Positions 60,560 to 64,000 of a DNA stretch of 64,000 bases are shown in pieces. The stretch comes from Mobula hypostoma (lineage: Eukaryota): NCBI RefSeq assembly GCF_963921235.1, contig NC_086107.1:108502001-108566000 (forward strand), given 5' to 3'. The position numbers and the translations under genes were made by a program. Below the pieces are notes generated by a model. That model did not search any database and was not told the origin of the DNA. It saw only the letters and a program-made list of their open reading frames with translations. Every line of letters begins with the position of its first letter. The first letter of the stretch is position 1.

Positions 60560-60865
60560 AGATTTTTTTTTAACATCGCAGAGTAGGCCTTAAAGGCCCT
60601 TTGACCTACATTGCCCCAGCAACACCCGACAAACCTGATTAACTCTAACCTACTCATGGGGCAATTTACACTGACTAATTAACCTACCCGGTTAATCAGT
60701 GATTGGACTTTGAGAGGAAACCGGAGCACGTGGGAAAAACCAAAGCATTCCACGGGGAGGACACACAGAGACTCCTTACAGAATAGCGCCGGAAATGAAC
60801 TCCAAACCCCAGAGCACCCGAGGCCGTAATAGTGTACATCTCTATCACTGAGTAGCCACAATCCT
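60560..60865 (-). mobile_element. V-SINE (HE1-like) copy
   Basis: Reverse-strand GTGCTCCGGTTTCCTCTCAAAGTCCAA core. Confidence 0.65.
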
Positions 60866-61318
60866 ACAAGATGGTGAATTCTAGACATCCACCTGTTTTT
60901 AACTAGAGGAAATACAGAAGTATTTCATTTTTGAATGGTCACCTTCTTTTTGTTTGCAATATAGCTATCAATGATTCTGGAACCTTCTCTCCCCAGTACC
61001 GAAGAAGGTTCTCAGCCCAGAACAACAACAGTTTGTTCTTATCCATAGATGCCGCCTGACTTGCTGAGTTCCTCCAATATTGCAATATAGCTTTGTTTCA
61101 CACTGGCAGAAATGCCTCAGTATCTACTCTATCATGTTCCTATGGGATCTTGTATAGCATTGTTCAATAAGATTACCCATTATTATTCCAAAGTCAAATT
61201 AAATTTATCATCAAAGTACATATACGCATGTCACCAAATACTAGTCAAGCACTGAGATTCATTTTCTTGCAGACATTTACAGGCAAATAAAGAAATACAA
61301 TAGAATCTATATATATAT

Positions 61319-62216
61319 TGTGACAAGAATACACATAGATTAAGATGTAGCTGTCCTGTGCTGGCACCAGTGGGATCAGCAGTTGGTCTGCCACCTGTCT
61401 TCAGGAGAGAGAGAGATAAGGAAAACAATGGAGCAGCATTTGGAGATGTTAATGAAGGGACGGGAGAGAGAGTAACAGAAGGAGAGAGCTGTCAAGATCG
61501 GCTCCCCCTTTGAACCCTGAACTGTTTGAAGTGATGGACAGGCGATACCCCAGCAGGGGGATAAAAAGGGACAGGTTCGCTAAGGCAGGACACACACGAC
61601 ACCCCGAGGTAACGAGACCCTGGAAGCGGTGCGTCTCTCACAAGTCGGTGGGAAGTTTTGGAAGGCCGGTTGCGGGAGCAGACCATAGACGCACAGGGTG
61701 GGAAGGCACGATCGGCAGGAACCTGGTGTGTGTCCACCCTTGCCTGGGTGCCAGGTTCACCGCAGAGAAACGATCGTATCTGGAAACGGAGGGGTCACGG
61801 TCGGTGACCTCAGATGACATCACAAAGGACTTGCCCGAAAGCTGACTGCAAAGGTCTGTGTGTGGAAGCCGTTTTTGAATATTCATTCATTTTGCTCTCT
61901 CTCTCCTTCCCCCCACTGTCCATCTCTCACGGCTGCGATTACTGCGAACTGAACTGAACTAAATTGAACTGAACCTTGCGTCACTTTGAAACTGGTCATT
62001 TACCCCTAGACAATGATAGAGCTTGATTAATCCTGTTATCTTAATTCTGTGTACATGTGTGTTTATCATTGCTGAACTGTTGCATTTATTATCCTTTTGC
62101 TTAGAGTACTGTGTTGCTTGTTTCTTTAATAAAACTTTCTTAGTTCTAGTAATCCAGACTCCAACTGAGTGATCCATTTCTGCTGGTTTAGCAACCCAGT
62201 TACGGGGTACGTAACA
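61319..62216 (+). repeat. Solo LTR (898 bp) with 4 bp TSD ATAT
   Basis: TGTGAC...GTAACA termini; ATAT at 61315-61318 and 62217-62220; TATA-like GATAAAAAG ~61560; AATAAA ~62128. Confidence 0.85.
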
Positions 62217-64000
62217 ATATAAGCAAAAGCATAATAATATTAAGTTCAAGGGGGACCACGATAGATTTATGTAAGGGAAAGAAAGGAAGCAGTTTGTACG
62301 TAAATTATCTTTTAGATTTGGGAAATAGCTAGACCTGTTTCTTCCTGGCCGGACCTCTTGCCAATATAAGCCTCTGATCTCTCAGCAAACTTGAGGATAA
62401 ATTCTGACCTTGTCCCAAGCCTCTGTTCTGTAGCCATGAATCCACTGAGACAGCACTGGAATTAATTCCCGATTTGCAATGTGAATTACTCACTTACCCA
62501 AATATCTTTCGGTGTTTAGTTAAGCTCTGTAAATAAGCACCATCTGTTGACCATGCAAACTGGCATCGATCAACCTCACCAAAGGTTTGCAATGTTTCAG
62601 TGCAGTGTTTGACTGAAACTATGCATAAATGTCAAGAGAAGAGCAAAGCCATGGAAGGGAGAGCATCCCCAAGGTGACGATGTTTAGTGAAGAGATTCAC
62701 GAGCTCAGGGTCCAAGTGGTTGAGAGCATGGTCACTTATCACAGAGCAGTTAGATTAAGTAATGATCGTACCACTGGAATTGAAGACTGCAGAGACATCA
62801 CAGAGCTTTGGTATTGGGGACAACAATCAGGTTTCCTAAAATCTTCATCAGAGTCAACATAAACTCAGTGACTACTTTATTAGGCACCTTCTGTACCTAA
62901 TAAGGTGACCACAAAGTGTCTGTGTTGTAGCCCATCCACTTCAGGGTTCAAGGTGATTCAGATGGAACAGCACTGATCTGAACCATTGTCAATAAGTGCC
63001 TACCCCCATCACCTAGGAGATGCTCTCTTCTTGCTGCTTCCATCAGGACGAAGGTACAGGAGCCTCAGACCTGACACCACCAGGTTCAGGAACAGCACTA
63101 CCCCTCAAACATCGGGCTCTTGAACCAAAGGGGATAACTTCACTTACCCCACTACTGAAATGATCCCACAGCCTACGGACTCACTTTCAAGAACTCTTCA
63201 CCTCATGTTCTTAATATTTATTGCTTACCTATTTATTATTATTTATTTCTTTTTGTATTTGTGCAGTTTGTTGTCCTTTTGCACACTGGTTGAACACCTA
63301 GTTGTTGCGGTCTCTCATTGATTCTACTATGGTTATGAATTCTACAATTGATTTATTGAGGATTGTTGTTCCTTTTCACTCCTTGTGACGCATCAGCCGG
63401 CATTTTGCCACTTCCATAGTATTTTGTGAGGCCAAGTTGCTGGCTTGACACTCAACCCAGCACAGTTGGAAAGCATACAAGTTGCCAGCCGGATTTGAAC
63501 CTGGGACCATTCACCTCAAAGTCCAGCAAATTTATGGAGTATACCCGCAAGTAAATGAATCTCAGAGTTGTATATGGTGACATATATGTTCTTTGACAAT
63601 AAATTCACTTTGCGCTTTGAACAGACCTCTTGTACAATAAGATGGACCCTTGGCCTCATTACGATCTTTAACTTTACCGTTCACCTGCACTGCACTTTGT
63701 TTGGTAGCTTTTACACTTTATTCAGCATTGTTGTGGTTTGTTCGATGCACTGTGTAAGGATCTGATCTGTATAGAGAGTGAGCAAGACAAGCTTTCTACC
63801 GTATCTTGACACGTCACCAGAATAAACCGAATCCCAATATCAATGTGTTATCGCACGGACTTAACCCCCAGAGTGCTTAGACCATGATTAAATAGCAGAG
63901 CAGAGTCAATGGGCCGAATGGCCTACTTCTGCTCCTATGTCTTATGGTCTAAGATAACAAATAGGGTTCAACCATCTACTCTGTCATTCAACTATGTGCT

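Noticed and set aside
1..64000. An intact autonomous transposon or host gene
   Set aside because: All coding remnants are truncated or disrupted and no multi-exon host ORF could be assembled. Small exons could still be missed by eye.

Overview
This is repeat-saturated vertebrate non-coding DNA, intronic or intergenic. The repeat spectrum (V-SINE/HE1-like SINEs, CR1, abundant Rex1/Babar 3' fragments, Penelope) suggests a cartilaginous fish, probably a ray; that assignment is inference. I recognised no host protein-coding exon, and nearly all ORF-track entries are TE remnants or antisense shadows of TEs. Elements present: a decayed Gypsy provirus (1-3090); solo LTRs; CR1, Rex1/Babar, L1, L2, RTE-derived and Hero (restriction-like endonuclease) LINE pieces; Penelope-like elements; several tRNA-derived SINE families; and Tc1, mariner, pogo and hAT derivatives. 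The most notable observations: (1) four Penelope insertions with 13-14 bp target duplications, three of them asymmetric hairpins carrying minimal hammerhead ribozymes; (2) two L1 fragments that lack the 3' end/poly(A) yet have clean target duplications, suggesting internal priming; (3) a ~650 bp YY1-headed non-autonomous retroelement family; (4) a DNA transposon with a 6 bp TSD; (5) a solo LTR that appears to have captured a Hero LINE tail; (6) a locally templated inverted insertion; (7) a few unique islands with RFX-like or splice-like motifs. All calls are by eye, without database searches.
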